A stretch of DNA of 64,000 nucleotides from Patescibacteria group bacterium (GCA_041666845.1 JBAYGC010000001.1:28864-92863); one strand, 5' to 3'; shown: positions 35,938 to 47,067, counted from the first letter of the stretch. The notes: generated by a model not told the origin, from the sequence alone. A program made the numbers and translations.

Positions 35938-36120
35938 AATGGCGGGCCATTTTGATTAAACATGCATATAAATCAAATGCAAGTATATCAGAAAATAGAC
36001 CTCATGAAAAGATATAATTAATCATTAGTAATCAGAATTATAGACATGCCAATTCTACTAAATATTAGCAATACGTGTTTGACCAATGACTAAATAGCCC
36101 ATATAATTAAGCAGTAATTT

Positions 36121-37629
36121 ATGATCTATAAGAAAGTTTTAACTATTTTACTTTGGGGAATTAAGATAGCCGCTTTAGGCGTATCCGTAATGCTTTTTGT
36201 AATGGTTTTTAACAAATATTTTGTACCACTGGGTAAGCTGGAAGTTGTTTATGATTTCTCTGAAGGTTCTGATTATATTTCCAAGTTAGAACCCTGGCAG
36301 CGATTGTTACCACCTGAGGAGATAAACGGAGATTGGTCACAGGCGATGAAGGATGATTTGGTGTATTTTGATGTTAAAATACCACGGTGGTTTCAGACTG
36401 TAACGGCAGAAATAACTTTCCAAAATGACGCCGTACCGATTCTGGAAATTGGTGCGCGGGCGGATAGCGCGGGAAACTATCTTTCCAAGCCACTTCAGAA
36501 CAAGCTGATCGATTTGCTCGATTGGAAGAAAGAAACACTGAATCAAACAACCCTTTACCAAAAGGATGATAAATACGCTGATGTGCAGAGTTTTATCACA
36601 AGACCTCCCATAGATGAAATGGTGGGGGAGTATTTTTATAGTTTGGAAAAAAATAAAATAATTCCGGACTACCAAAAATCCCGGGATAAAACTGTGATTG
36701 ACAGCAGTCTACGGGGTAGTCATACACTATATACATATTTGAAGGATGAAGATTTGAATTTCAGTTTTGGTAAATTTGACTTGAACTGGTATGCCGGACC
36801 GGATACTGTTACGGTTGATGTTTATAGGCAGAGTAATGGTGAAAAAATATATACGGCCGAGCTTTCCGATGACGGGGAGACAGGAATTACTGGAATCTAC
36901 AAATCAAATCAGAATTTGTCTGTGATTATTCCAAACTTGGCGGAGGGTGTATACCGTATGGAAATAAGAGGAAGCGATGATACAGTGATCAGCAGAATAT
37001 CTGCCGATCAGCACCTGATCGTCTTTGGTAAGTCGCTGTTCCTTATGGATAATCAAGAGTATTTTAAGACATTAGCCCCAGGTAGTAAGCCGACAAAACT
37101 AATTACTGCATCCTCAGTTTTGAATTTTAAAACATCACATCCTGCTGGACTGCAGAAGGTTCTGGTTGGAGCCCAGACAGTTAATATTGATTTAGTTAAC
37201 AAGGATTTTAATTACCAAAATAATTCTGGTCTTGTACAAATCAGCGTTCCTAATAATGATTTAAACATCAGTTATAACGGATTTATGGCCTTTACTCGAA
37301 ATCAGTATTTTAATCCCTTGCCTGATAATATTTCCGGGATTAATGGTAATACAGATATTAATTCTCTGGATTATATAATTACCGATTACACATCACCCAA
37401 AAATGAAGGGGGGTGGATGATGAATACTGCTACTTTTGATTTGAATAGGTTGTATAAGACTGACAACGACAATATCAGATTTCGAATAAGCGCCCCGCAA
37501 TTGAGTGGTACGGGTGAAGTAATAAAAATTAGCCAAATTAAAATTAGCTATGAGAAACCTCCTTTAACATTACAGAGTCTGCCAAATAAAATTAAATCAT
37601 ATTTAAGTAAATTATTCACCAAGAATTAG
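36121..37629 (+). CDS. Signal-anchored extracytoplasmic hypothetical protein (502 aa)
   Basis: One N-terminal TM then a large soluble domain; TATAAT at 36098-36103. Confidence 0.5.
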   Translation: MIYKKVLTILLWGIKIAALGVSVMLFVMVFNKYFVPLGKLEVVYDFSEGSDYISKLEPWQRLLPPEEINGDWSQAMKDDLVYFDVKIPRWFQTVTAEITFQNDAVPILEIGARADSAGNYLSKPLQNKLIDLLDWKKETLNQTTLYQKDDKYADVQSFITRPPIDEMVGEYFYSLEKNKIIPDYQKSRDKTVIDSSLRGSHTLYTYLKDEDLNFSFGKFDLNWYAGPDTVTVDVYRQSNGEKIYTAELSDDGETGITGIYKSNQNLSVIIPNLAEGVYRMEIRGSDDTVISRISADQHLIVFGKSLFLMDNQEYFKTLAPGSKPTKLITASSVLNFKTSHPAGLQKVLVGAQTVNIDLVNKDFNYQNNSGLVQISVPNNDLNISYNGFMAFTRNQYFNPLPDNISGINGNTDINSLDYIITDYTSPKNEGGWMMNTATFDLNRLYKTDNDNIRFRISAPQLSGTGEVIKISQIKISYEKPPLTLQSLPNKIKSYLSKLFTKN

Positions 37630-37630
37630 A

Positions 37631-37834
37631 ATGAATTTGCTATGGATTAAAGAAACAAGAGTATTTATCAGTAAAGCAAGTTGGTTTGTGTTTGTTGTTG
37701 CTTTGATTGATTATCTTATTTTGTTTACTTTCAATTCTATAGCCAACAACTTTCTTACCGCATTTTTTGATATAAAAAGCATACTGATTGTCATTATTGT
37801 CTCGGGATTATTATATATTATATCTAGAGACTGA
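37631..37834 (+). CDS. Small membrane protein (67 aa, two TM)
   Basis: Starts 2 nt after the upstream stop. Confidence 0.4.
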   Translation: MNLLWIKETRVFISKASWFVFVVALIDYLILFTFNSIANNFLTAFFDIKSILIVIIVSGLLYIISRD

Positions 37835-37850
37835 ATTTACGTGAATAAGG

Positions 37851-37881
37851 AAAAAGCACTAAGTTTAGTGCTTTTGATTTT
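37851..37881. terminator. Bidirectional intrinsic terminator between convergent genes
   Basis: aaaaa + agcacta-agtt-tagtgct + tttgatttt. Confidence 0.55.
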
Positions 37882-37900
37882 ACATTACCCAAAGGCAGGG

Positions 37901-40897
37901 TTATTTTTTAGTGTAGATTTTCATATTCGATACCCAAATTGGGCAGATTTTTTGTTCATTGTTTCCTTGATCAAGAATAGTGATTGTCATCTGATTTATT
38001 CCGTTTTCCAGTGAATTCAAGGAAGTCAGCGACAATGTCTGATAATCAGTTCCATTCAGTGTAAATTTCGCATCATCTTTGCCGTTTATTTTAATTTCTG
38101 CGAAAGTATTCTCATTTGAGCATGTTCTAACATCAAATGTCAGGTTGATCTGCTTTCCTTCATAGGAATATAGATATAGATACGCCTCATCATTGATTTT
38201 CCGTCTTTTGTTTGTGCCAAATTTATTTTCCAGAATATCCCAGCCGCCACTGATAACAAATGGCACGCTGTCATTAATGGCAACCCCATTTATTTTATAA
38301 ATAATATAATCATGTCCTTCAATTTTTTGTATTGATGGAATTAATTCTTCAAGATAATTTGATAGTTCGTCTTCTATTTTTTCATCGACGATGTTTTTAT
38401 CAAGATAGATGTATCCAATATCTTTATCATGCAGTATTCTAGCAATGCAGTCTTTGTAGTAATTAATTTCACGGATATCCCGGAAAGGTAATAATTCTTT
38501 ATTTTCGTTCTGGTATGGTATGTGAAATAGCTCATTGATCAGCGGTAAGGTATTGAACAATTTCTGATTGCCATTATGATCTGGTTCAATGAAGTCCTGC
38601 AATGAAATAACCGGGTGGTTATTTATTTTCTGCCCATCATTGTCTGCTGTATTAATTGAATCAGACTGGATGGGAGGGTTAAGCATTAAAACAGCTTTAG
38701 TATCATCATTATCAAGATAATTAAAATCAGAATGCATTTCCACCTGCTCAGAGATAATTTGATAGTGAATATTTTTGAAATATACCCTCGGATCCTTATA
38801 TGGCTCGTTAATATTTGAAATTCTGATTTCCATTGTGCTTTCACCTGCAACGACGTTATCTAATTTGATGTTGGTAGTGGTACTATCTTCATATGCAAAG
38901 TGTTTGGCGACTAACTGATTGTTATAATAAAATTCCACCAAGTTATATTCGTTCTTGTATGAGTTAATTTCCAGATCAATGTTTAAACTTGTTTCATGGT
39001 CGTTTAGATTAAATATTTGTAAATCAGCCTTGTCAGTAATCTTTCTGTTGTAATCGTTGATATTAAAATCATCCCATCCGTCACCGATAGAAATATAGAC
39101 TGAGTCTGGTTTTATTTCCTGTTTTATTTTGTAGGAGTAAATATAATTATCCTGATATTTATTTTCAATGTCAAAGTTATTTTCTATAAAAGCTCTGAGC
39201 CTATTAAAACTATCCGGCTTGATATAATCGAGTCCTGTCCCGATAAACTCCTTCTGAATTATCAGATAGGGGATATGGTAATAAGTGAATATGCTGTTGG
39301 CCAGTCTTTCATAATCATGGTTGATAATATCTCTCGGAATGTCTTTTCCATTTGGAAGATTATACAGAATTTCAGATAAAACTGGTGTTGTGGATTGAAA
39401 ATCCCAGTTGCCTTCTATTTTTCTGGCAGGATCCAATCCTGATATACGCTCTTTTTGGTAAATTGAGGCATAGTAGCGCGTCTTACCGTCCGCAAGGTAA
39501 TTTGTGGAACCAGGTAGGTCTACAACGCCAAAATCTCCTTTTTCGGCTTTAATCTGGTCATAAAACGGAGAATAGTTTAATGTCGATAAGGTAGTCGGTA
39601 GAGCTAAATACTCAGCACTAAGCATAACTATTATTAAAAAGCCAAGCAGTAGTTGGTATATATATTTTCTGTTGGCAATAACATACTGTACACCAAACGC
39701 GGCAGCAATCGAAAAACAAAGCAGTGCAATAGCCCATAATCTTCCAACTGATCTGATATTGTCAAAAAAAGGAACATACTTATAGATCAGCAGATAGGGG
39801 AGGGGAATTTTAGGTTCAATAGTTCCTCCGAAATGAAGAAAGGGTCCGAGCGAGAGGACAAAAAAACCGATTGCGGAAATAATCCAGAAATACAGTTCTT
39901 TAATTTTCTGCTTTGAGTAAAATATCAGTGAGCAAATAAACAGTGCCAATCCTGTATAGCCTAGGTAGTTTGAATTTTCAGCTGTATTGCCAGTAAATAG
40001 ATTTCTTAGTGGAGTAAATAATTTTGAAAATAACGTACTGAATTCCGGAGGAGTGATTATTGAAAGCGCATCTGATGAGTATCTTATTGTTTGCTCAATT
40101 CCTGGGTTCAGATAATTTTCTTCTGATGTTGATATGTTAATTAAAGGGATATAGTGCCAAAGTAACAAGAGGATTCCCAAAGCAAGTCCAATGATGGCAT
40201 ATCTTCTGAAAAACGTGGTTTTCATTATCCTATTATTGGAGTAAAGATAAAATATGAGGAAAGGAATCAGAAAAATAAAAAAGAAGGCGGCGAAGTGTGG
40301 TTCACCCTGCATAAGGAGGACAAAAAATATTCCAGACGAAAGCAAATATTTTAGGCTCGGTTTTTTTATGAACTTCATTATATAAAGTACGGTAAAAGGA
40401 ATCCATTCAATATGTGTTGCCCCTCTAAAACCGCCCCATGCAAAGTGAGCCGGACTGAAAGCATAAATAAACCCAGCAATGAATGCGGAAATTTGTAATC
40501 GCGCTCCGGTGAACTTCAGTTGAGTGAAAATGTATTTTGTCAGTAGATATACGCTGAACCCTGATGCGACAAATGAGAAAAACCAAAATATATTATAGCC
40601 AGCCGGTTGCCCAAATAAAAACATGAAATATGTATTAATTGTTACCGGATCCAGATTTGCATTACTAACAGTGTCCCAGATGCTCTGGAGATGCCCTAGT
40701 GCTTTGAGTCTTTCAAAGTCATTAATAATTTCAGCCAAACTTTGAAAAACATCACCGCCATTACCGATAATTTTGTTCTTGTAATTTAGTATAAGCGGAA
40801 ATGTTAGGAGTATGGAGAAAATGAAATACAAAAAAACAGCAAGCACATTTTGCTTATATATTGATTTATTCTTTCCAGATTGGCGCTTTTTATTCAC
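37901..40897 (-). CDS. Giant polytopic membrane protein, YfhO-like / GT-C-type glycosyltransferase (998 aa)
   Basis: ~550-aa N-terminal region with ≥12 TM helices and a ~450-aa extracytoplasmic C-terminus. Confidence 0.55.
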   Translation of the reverse strand: MNKKRQSGKNKSIYKQNVLAVFLYFIFSILLTFPLILNYKNKIIGNGGDVFQSLAEIINDFERLKALGHLQSIWDTVSNANLDPVTINTYFMFLFGQPAGYNIFWFFSFVASGFSVYLLTKYIFTQLKFTGARLQISAFIAGFIYAFSPAHFAWGGFRGATHIEWIPFTVLYIMKFIKKPSLKYLLSSGIFFVLLMQGEPHFAAFFFIFLIPFLIFYLYSNNRIMKTTFFRRYAIIGLALGILLLLWHYIPLINISTSEENYLNPGIEQTIRYSSDALSIITPPEFSTLFSKLFTPLRNLFTGNTAENSNYLGYTGLALFICSLIFYSKQKIKELYFWIISAIGFFVLSLGPFLHFGGTIEPKIPLPYLLIYKYVPFFDNIRSVGRLWAIALLCFSIAAAFGVQYVIANRKYIYQLLLGFLIIVMLSAEYLALPTTLSTLNYSPFYDQIKAEKGDFGVVDLPGSTNYLADGKTRYYASIYQKERISGLDPARKIEGNWDFQSTTPVLSEILYNLPNGKDIPRDIINHDYERLANSIFTYYHIPYLIIQKEFIGTGLDYIKPDSFNRLRAFIENNFDIENKYQDNYIYSYKIKQEIKPDSVYISIGDGWDDFNINDYNRKITDKADLQIFNLNDHETSLNIDLEINSYKNEYNLVEFYYNNQLVAKHFAYEDSTTTNIKLDNVVAGESTMEIRISNINEPYKDPRVYFKNIHYQIISEQVEMHSDFNYLDNDDTKAVLMLNPPIQSDSINTADNDGQKINNHPVISLQDFIEPDHNGNQKLFNTLPLINELFHIPYQNENKELLPFRDIREINYYKDCIARILHDKDIGYIYLDKNIVDEKIEDELSNYLEELIPSIQKIEGHDYIIYKINGVAINDSVPFVISGGWDILENKFGTNKRRKINDEAYLYLYSYEGKQINLTFDVRTCSNENTFAEIKINGKDDAKFTLNGTDYQTLSLTSLNSLENGINQMTITILDQGNNEQKICPIWVSNMKIYTKK

Positions 40898-41032
40898 TAT
40901 ATCTCAGTATATACTATTGAAGTGTAATTGAATATTAGCAGTAAAGCATCAGTAATTCAAGTTTTGTACATACGTTCGTAGTATGATATATTTAGTTGGA
41001 AAGAAGGCTGTATAATCAATGAAAATGTATTT

Positions 41033-43411
41033 GTGAAAGTAAATTTTCTTAAATTACGCAATAAGATTTTAATCAGACGTAAGTATCACAGGCTACATCA
41101 GTTTGCCCAGGTTATGTCTGTTTTTGGCATTGTAGGTTCAATTATAGTACTGTTTTCGCAGTTGCCACTGATGCAAAAATTTACATGGACGTTTAATTTG
41201 GATATATTTGTGTTTTTGCTTATTTTACTGGATTCTATTGTATTATTTGGTGTGCTTGGAAGAAAGAAATTTGTTCGAAACAGGACTTGGGTATGGGTAT
41301 TCTTTCTACTGCTGTTGATGAATTCACTTTGGGAACTGGCCGGGCAGACTTATATAGATATTTATCAGTTCAATATTTGGCAGAATTATTTGATATTGTT
41401 TGTCGGCTTATTACTGTTGGAACCTGTCAGAAATTACATTAAGAGTTTCCATGAAAAACCAATCAATATTAATATCGATTTTAATAATGAGAGAGAAAAA
41501 GATGAAATCGACGAGCAGAAAAAAACAGATATATTTAAGAAGAAATACGCGAGGGTAAACAATATTCCTCTATTGAATAAACTCGCGTTATGGTTCTATA
41601 AGCAGGGGAAATGGTATAGCGTCGGATTAGTATCCATTTTCATTTTAGGATTTTTAATTCGGCTAATACTTGCAGTTAGAGGGGGCATCGATTTCGATGA
41701 AGGAATTCATATCTATGACGCAAAAATGGTTTTTGATGGACTTTTACCGTTCCGGGATTATTTCACCAGAGAACCCTATTATATTTATTTACTAGCGATA
41801 TTTGTTAAAATATTCGGAGCAAATTTACTGACCTCCCGTTTATTATCAGTTGGTTTTTCAAGTGCCACTATCTTTATTATTTATTTAATCGGAAAAAGAA
41901 TTTCAGCAAAAAAGGTCGGATTGATTTCCGCTGGTTTTTTTGCGTTTTCACCATTTGTAATATACAACACTTATCTGGGGAATCTATATGGCGTATATCC
42001 TTTTGTACTGGCTCTGTTAATTTTATCTACACTGAATATTCTGAAAAATAAAGGAAATTCAAATATAGTGTTTGCAGGAATTACTGCTGGGCTGGCGGCG
42101 CATTTTTATCGGATAACTATTTTTTATTTTCCGATCATTGGATTTATATTTGGATTAAGATACGCCAGTGAATTTGGTATAAGAAAATTGTTTAAATATT
42201 ATATTTTTCTATCAATACCATTTTTCTTTCCAATAATATTTTTTTCTTACTATGCAGGATATAGAAATTTTGAGATTATATATGGCACAAATGAACTTCT
42301 AATAGGCTATATATTTGTATTAATAGGATATTTATTAGGAGTCATGAAAGCCAAATGGTTTTCAAGTGATAAAACCAATATATTCTTAACTACTGTTGTA
42401 CCTGTGGCCATTGTTGGACTATATGTTGTTTCCATGTATAAATTTGGAGCGGGATTTGGGAATAAAATAAAAATTTTGTTTGATTCGCTCATAAAGAATT
42501 ATCATTACGTTTATTTGATTCTATTTGCCATATTGATATACATAAAGAATATATTCAGAAATAAGCCGTACCTGTATAGAATACTACTCGTTTTATCTGT
42601 TCTTATTATGATTATGATTGGATATCTCGGTTATATTTCTCTGGAAGGTCTTCAGCTCTGGGGGGTTAGTGTGTTGACGAACGATTTCAAGTATTTATTT
42701 TTTATTTTAATAGTATTTTCACTTTTAATACTGCTATTCTTTTTATCAAAATGTAATTTCAATAAAGTAAAATTTCCCAATGACATGGGAGTCCTATTTC
42801 TGATTTTCTTTGCGCCGATACCATTTTTTATTGTCAGTGCTCAGTGGTTTGCTGGCTATTTTTTACCCTTTACTATCGCTGGTAGTGTCATCGCAATTAT
42901 CGGCATAATCATTTTAACTAGAGTTTATAAGGTTTTGAGTTTAGTTGAGAAACTATTTGTCATTTTAGTTATACTAGGGATATGGTATGTATCGATATCA
43001 ATTTATGTAAATAATCCTATTCGTCAACGATCAATTTGGAGTCAAAAGTCATATATTGAAATAGGCGAATATATTCGGGAGAACACAAGTGAGAACGAAG
43101 AAGTTTTTACGAATGCGCTAGTATATATTACCCCCAATAACCGCAGGTCAGTAATGGATTTATCGCGTATTTCACTTTACGCTGTTAGCCCGGTTGATAT
43201 GCCGGATTATATTGGTACGGCAAAGAATCTGATTCCTTCCGGTGAATTGTCTGAATATGTGAAGAATAATGTAAATCTTATTCTCATGGACAGCCGGACA
43301 AAGGTAATATTTAATACTAATTCTGACTTTGCCGATATTCTGGACGGATATCACATAGATAAAAGCTGGCCGGAATATGAGATTTCCGCCTGGAAAAGAA
43401 ATATTAAATGA
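41033..43411 (+). CDS. GT-C fold glycosyltransferase (ArnT/PMT, GT39/GT83-like), 792 aa
   Basis: Multi-TM; FDEGIHIYDAKMVFDG (DE motif in the first extracytoplasmic loop). The start (GTG at 41033) is uncertain. Confidence 0.55.
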   Translation: MKVNFLKLRNKILIRRKYHRLHQFAQVMSVFGIVGSIIVLFSQLPLMQKFTWTFNLDIFVFLLILLDSIVLFGVLGRKKFVRNRTWVWVFFLLLLMNSLWELAGQTYIDIYQFNIWQNYLILFVGLLLLEPVRNYIKSFHEKPININIDFNNEREKDEIDEQKKTDIFKKKYARVNNIPLLNKLALWFYKQGKWYSVGLVSIFILGFLIRLILAVRGGIDFDEGIHIYDAKMVFDGLLPFRDYFTREPYYIYLLAIFVKIFGANLLTSRLLSVGFSSATIFIIYLIGKRISAKKVGLISAGFFAFSPFVIYNTYLGNLYGVYPFVLALLILSTLNILKNKGNSNIVFAGITAGLAAHFYRITIFYFPIIGFIFGLRYASEFGIRKLFKYYIFLSIPFFFPIIFFSYYAGYRNFEIIYGTNELLIGYIFVLIGYLLGVMKAKWFSSDKTNIFLTTVVPVAIVGLYVVSMYKFGAGFGNKIKILFDSLIKNYHYVYLILFAILIYIKNIFRNKPYLYRILLVLSVLIMIMIGYLGYISLEGLQLWGVSVLTNDFKYLFFILIVFSLLILLFFLSKCNFNKVKFPNDMGVLFLIFFAPIPFFIVSAQWFAGYFLPFTIAGSVIAIIGIIILTRVYKVLSLVEKLFVILVILGIWYVSISIYVNNPIRQRSIWSQKSYIEIGEYIRENTSENEEVFTNALVYITPNNRRSVMDLSRISLYAVSPVDMPDYIGTAKNLIPSGELSEYVKNNVNLILMDSRTKVIFNTNSDFADILDGYHIDKSWPEYEISAWKRNIK

Positions 43412-43420
43412 TATAATTAA

Positions 43421-44314
43421 TTACGCTTTCCTGGTTTTTAGAAAAGCTTTTATTTGCGCTTTTTCAAATATAGCTCGCAAGTAGAAATTTTTTTTGCGGT
43501 TGAAAATACTTGCAAATAATATAATAGCGGCATCTTTTATCAGAATAAGCTTTAGAAAACTGTGGTTACTCCATAAATTATTCAGCTCGGGATGAAGATT
43601 TAACAGAATTCTTTTATTCCTTCCGGCTGATTCCTGTCGTTTGGTGTAGCTATTAATATCTGCATAAAAATGATCATGGTATACGACCGCCTTTTGGTTA
43701 TAGTGTATCTTGTGTCCTAGTTTTTCCAGCCGGTAACCAAGCTCAATATCTTCAAGATTGCATCCTGGAAACCCCTCATTAAACTTTTCTGTTTTTAGAA
43801 TATGAGCTGGTACGGAAATATTTGAAGTATAAAATCTTCGATACCCAACATCTGTGATGTTTTTGATTCTGAAATCAAACTGAGGCCCGGCCGGAGAAAT
43901 AAATCTCATCAGGCTGTTTAATTTCAAATTTTTGTCCCAGTCGACAAAGCCCAGAGCACTTATCTCAGCGCCGGCATTTTTATGGCTTCGCAGATGCTCG
44001 GACAGCAGATCAATACTTGCATAGGTGTCATCGCCCAGGAATATTATATACTGACCGTTGGCATTATCTATACCCATATTGCGTGCGGCGGCGGCACCTT
44101 TGTTGTTTTGGATCAAATATACTAATTCAAATGAGTAGTTATTTTTTAGTGAAATTGTATTTTTATATTCCGGTTGGGTGGATCCGTCATTAATAACAAT
44201 CACTTCGAATGCTTGTTTCGAAAACGACTGATTTTCCAGCGACTGCAAAACTTTCACCAGTTTTTCAAATCGGTTAAATGTGGGGACTATTACGGAAAAA
44301 GTATATTTATACAT
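43421..44314 (-). CDS. GT2 glycosyltransferase
   Basis: FSVIVPTFNR...VIVINDGST...AAARNMGI...GDD. Start moved to the internal ATG (MYKYTF), 4 nt after the upstream stop. Confidence 0.7.
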   Translation of the reverse strand: MYKYTFSVIVPTFNRFEKLVKVLQSLENQSFSKQAFEVIVINDGSTQPEYKNTISLKNNYSFELVYLIQNNKGAAAARNMGIDNANGQYIIFLGDDTYASIDLLSEHLRSHKNAGAEISALGFVDWDKNLKLNSLMRFISPAGPQFDFRIKNITDVGYRRFYTSNISVPAHILKTEKFNEGFPGCNLEDIELGYRLEKLGHKIHYNQKAVVYHDHFYADINSYTKRQESAGRNKRILLNLHPELNNLWSNHSFLKLILIKDAAIILFASIFNRKKNFYLRAIFEKAQIKAFLKTRKA

Positions 44315-44318
44315 TAAA

Positions 44319-45005
44319 TTATTTTTCAATAAAATATATTTTTCTGTAGCATTTGCCGGAATTAACTGAAGAGGCAAGCCTTCTGCCAGTATCTGATTTT
44401 GATTGCGAAATTTTGCTTGAGATTTTATTCAATAGGGGGAGGCTTTCAAATACAACCAGCAAAAAATGGAATATAACATTTTCGTTTTTTACTACGGAAT
44501 ATTTATAACCTTTCTGTTTCAGAATTTCATCAATAAAGTGCTCGGACGGGTATTCAATGGATAAATGTTCAGTCAGCCATAACGGCGCCTTTCTGCCGAA
44601 TAACCGGTAGTATTTATTGATGAGTATATCCATTTTTTTTGCCGGTTCACCGCAGGGGAAACCGATTACGGCGTATTTGCTTGCCACTCTCAATATTTCA
44701 TTCACTGATTGTTCCCGCGCTGTCTGGCTGATATGTTCAAATGTATCAAGCGAAAAAACCAGATCAACACCGGATGATTCTAGGGGGATACGGTCGGCGC
44801 TTGCCACTATTCGGCGCATCCTGGTGTTCTGATTAGTTTTTATTTCTTTACTATAATCATCAAAAGTCGTATCGATACCGATAAAATCAATGTCCAAAAA
44901 CCGACCAATACCATAACTGCCACTGCCTATTTCACAGATAGTCGCCGGTTTTTTTTCAGCGATATAATTAATAACTGGGATGTATCTGACTAGTTGATTT
45001 AGCAT
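44319..45005 (-). CDS. Class I SAM-dependent methyltransferase
   Basis: ICEIGSGSYGIG (motif I) ... DLVFSLDTFEHI. Confidence 0.7.
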   Translation of the reverse strand: MLNQLVRYIPVINYIAEKKPATICEIGSGSYGIGRFLDIDFIGIDTTFDDYSKEIKTNQNTRMRRIVASADRIPLESSGVDLVFSLDTFEHISQTAREQSVNEILRVASKYAVIGFPCGEPAKKMDILINKYYRLFGRKAPLWLTEHLSIEYPSEHFIDEILKQKGYKYSVVKNENVIFHFLLVVFESLPLLNKISSKISQSKSDTGRRLASSVNSGKCYRKIYFIEK

Positions 45006-45019
45006 AAAAAGTAATTAAA

Positions 45020-45841
45020 TTATTTCTTAATTCCAACTGCCCAAATGTTATTAGCAAAGATATCCTTTAAAAATGGGAGTAATGAAGGGGTTAATAGTAA
45101 ATATCGAAATATACCAATAGGGCTTTTGAGTAGAAAAAGGTCACTGAGATATGCTTTGTTTATAACGAATTTGGCTCGAACTAAGTTAGATTTTACAGAC
45201 GCCAGCGTTTGTTCGTTTACATGCATAATTTTATCATATGGTATGCGCGGATCATCATCGTATCTGATTTTTCTCTTAAGGAATGGTTCAAATAATATTT
45301 TACTTAATATATGGTAAATGTGTTTTGTGTAGTACTTGTAGCCGATTTCAAAATATTTTTTATTAGGATATGTATGCAATATTATCCTGCCACCCGGCTT
45401 TAATACGCGGAAGATTTCAGTCAAAGCCTGATCAACCTCTTCCTGATACAAATGCTCAATAACATCAAGGAAATATACCATATCAAATGTGTTGTCAGAA
45501 AAGGGGAGAATTTTGGATGTTTGAAGTGCAATTTTTATTCTACTTTGGGTTTCCATATCGCATGCCGAACGTGCTTCCTCAGCTAGTGAAATTGCATCTG
45601 ATGCATAATCAATTCCCCAAATATATGCACCGTGTTGAGCCGATTGAACCAACATTTCTCCTCGGCCACAACCATAGTCTAAAATCCTTTCGCCTGATCT
45701 AATTTGGGCAAGTTTTACAGACTTTTGCAGACGTTTATCAACCTTTTTTCCTTTGTATGTTTCCCATACTTCTGCACTTCCACATCCTCCATCAGTTGTA
45801 AAGTATTCTTTATCGTATTCCTTCTGATCTACTTGTTTCAT
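45020..45841 (-). CDS. Class I SAM-dependent methyltransferase
   Basis: ILDYGCGRGEM (motif I) ... LKPGGRIIL. Confidence 0.75.
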   Translation of the reverse strand: MKQVDQKEYDKEYFTTDGGCGSAEVWETYKGKKVDKRLQKSVKLAQIRSGERILDYGCGRGEMLVQSAQHGAYIWGIDYASDAISLAEEARSACDMETQSRIKIALQTSKILPFSDNTFDMVYFLDVIEHLYQEEVDQALTEIFRVLKPGGRIILHTYPNKKYFEIGYKYYTKHIYHILSKILFEPFLKRKIRYDDDPRIPYDKIMHVNEQTLASVKSNLVRAKFVINKAYLSDLFLLKSPIGIFRYLLLTPSLLPFLKDIFANNIWAVGIKK

Positions 45842-47063
45842 AATTTGTTGGTCTTAGTTTATATATTATTAGTAAAATTATCGCTGATAATAACATACTT
45901 GTGAACGCACTATACGCAGCACCAATTGAGCCGTATCGGGGAATTAACCACAAATTGATGCCAATATTTATTAGTACATTAAAACACGTTACATATAAGG
46001 CAGTTCTTTGCCTATTAGTTGACGAAAGGAGTACACCTAAAAAATTTGTTAAAAATGCAAAAGGAAGAACAAAACCAAGAACCTGTAGTGACGAAGCTCC
46101 GGGGAGATATTCATTACCATAAACAATTGAAATCAGCCATTCTGCACTAAAATATATCCCGATAGCCATAATAATTCCGATGGCAAATTGAATTAGTAGC
46201 CACATATTGATTTTTTGTTTCAGAAGATGCAGTTCTTTGTGTTGTTTTGATAAAACCGGATAGATTGCTGCATTTGCTAGACTCGGAAATAGCATTGAAA
46301 TAAACAGGAAATTATAGGCGGCACTGTACCAACCTGTCTCAAGGTCGCCTTTGATAAATGAAACCATAACTGTATCAATATTAAAATATGCAGTGACAAA
46401 GATCCCAGAGAGTGCAAAGGGCCAGCCTTCTTTAATAAGAAAGAGTAAGGTCTGTTTATCAAATTTTAAACTGAATTTAGAAAAAAATTTCTTAATCCAA
46501 CGTACGGAAATGATAAATGTAACGGCGGATGCGAATACAAAACCAAAAATCAACACGGTCATATCTTTGATATATATACTTGCAAATACTACGTATAAAA
46601 CCAGAATAATACTCTCTATCAGCTTCAGAAGTGTTTCAAATTTCATCTTCTCAAACGCGCGGTAAATTGATTTGGAAAATGTGTTATAGGAATTGAATAC
46701 CACGTAAAAAGATAGGACATAAACCAACAGATTTACTTCAGCCGGTTTGTTTGTAAAGATTGTTGAAATAATGATGAACACAACAGTTAGAATGCTTAGT
46801 ATGATTTTAAGGATCATACTGTTTCCGATCAATAATACTGCGCTTTCTTTATCCCGCGCCACTTCTCTGATGATCAGATTATTTATGCCAAAATCGGCAA
46901 TCACCGAAAAAATTATTACAAATGATATCGCGTAGTTGAATTGTCCGAACAGGTCACTACCGAATGATCTTGCAATAATTATCGTAATTAGAAAAAACAC
47001 GCCTTTATTCAGTAATTCGGCGACAGCGAGCCAGCTGGCGTTTTTTAGAATGTTCTTGATCAT
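45810..47063 (-). CDS. Wzx-like flippase / polysaccharide biosynthesis protein (MOP superfamily)
   Basis: 417 aa, ~12 TM, N-terminal AVAELLNKGVFFLITIIIARSFGSDLFGQF. Confidence 0.7.
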   Translation of the reverse strand: MIKNILKNASWLAVAELLNKGVFFLITIIIARSFGSDLFGQFNYAISFVIIFSVIADFGINNLIIREVARDKESAVLLIGNSMILKIILSILTVVFIIISTIFTNKPAEVNLLVYVLSFYVVFNSYNTFSKSIYRAFEKMKFETLLKLIESIILVLYVVFASIYIKDMTVLIFGFVFASAVTFIISVRWIKKFFSKFSLKFDKQTLLFLIKEGWPFALSGIFVTAYFNIDTVMVSFIKGDLETGWYSAAYNFLFISMLFPSLANAAIYPVLSKQHKELHLLKQKINMWLLIQFAIGIIMAIGIYFSAEWLISIVYGNEYLPGASSLQVLGFVLPFAFLTNFLGVLLSSTNRQRTALYVTCFNVLINIGINLWLIPRYGSIGAAYSAFTSMLLSAIILLIIYKLRPTNYETSRSEGIR

Positions 47064-47067
47064 ATTA

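Noticed and set aside
41033-41116. Alternative start for the 792-aa GT-C protein at ATG 41117 (MSVFGIVGS)
   Set aside because: I could not decide from sequence. The GTG at 41033 lies 17 nt after a TATAAT (41011-41016), which would make the mRNA nearly leaderless. I kept the ORF-track coordinates but flagged the start as uncertain.
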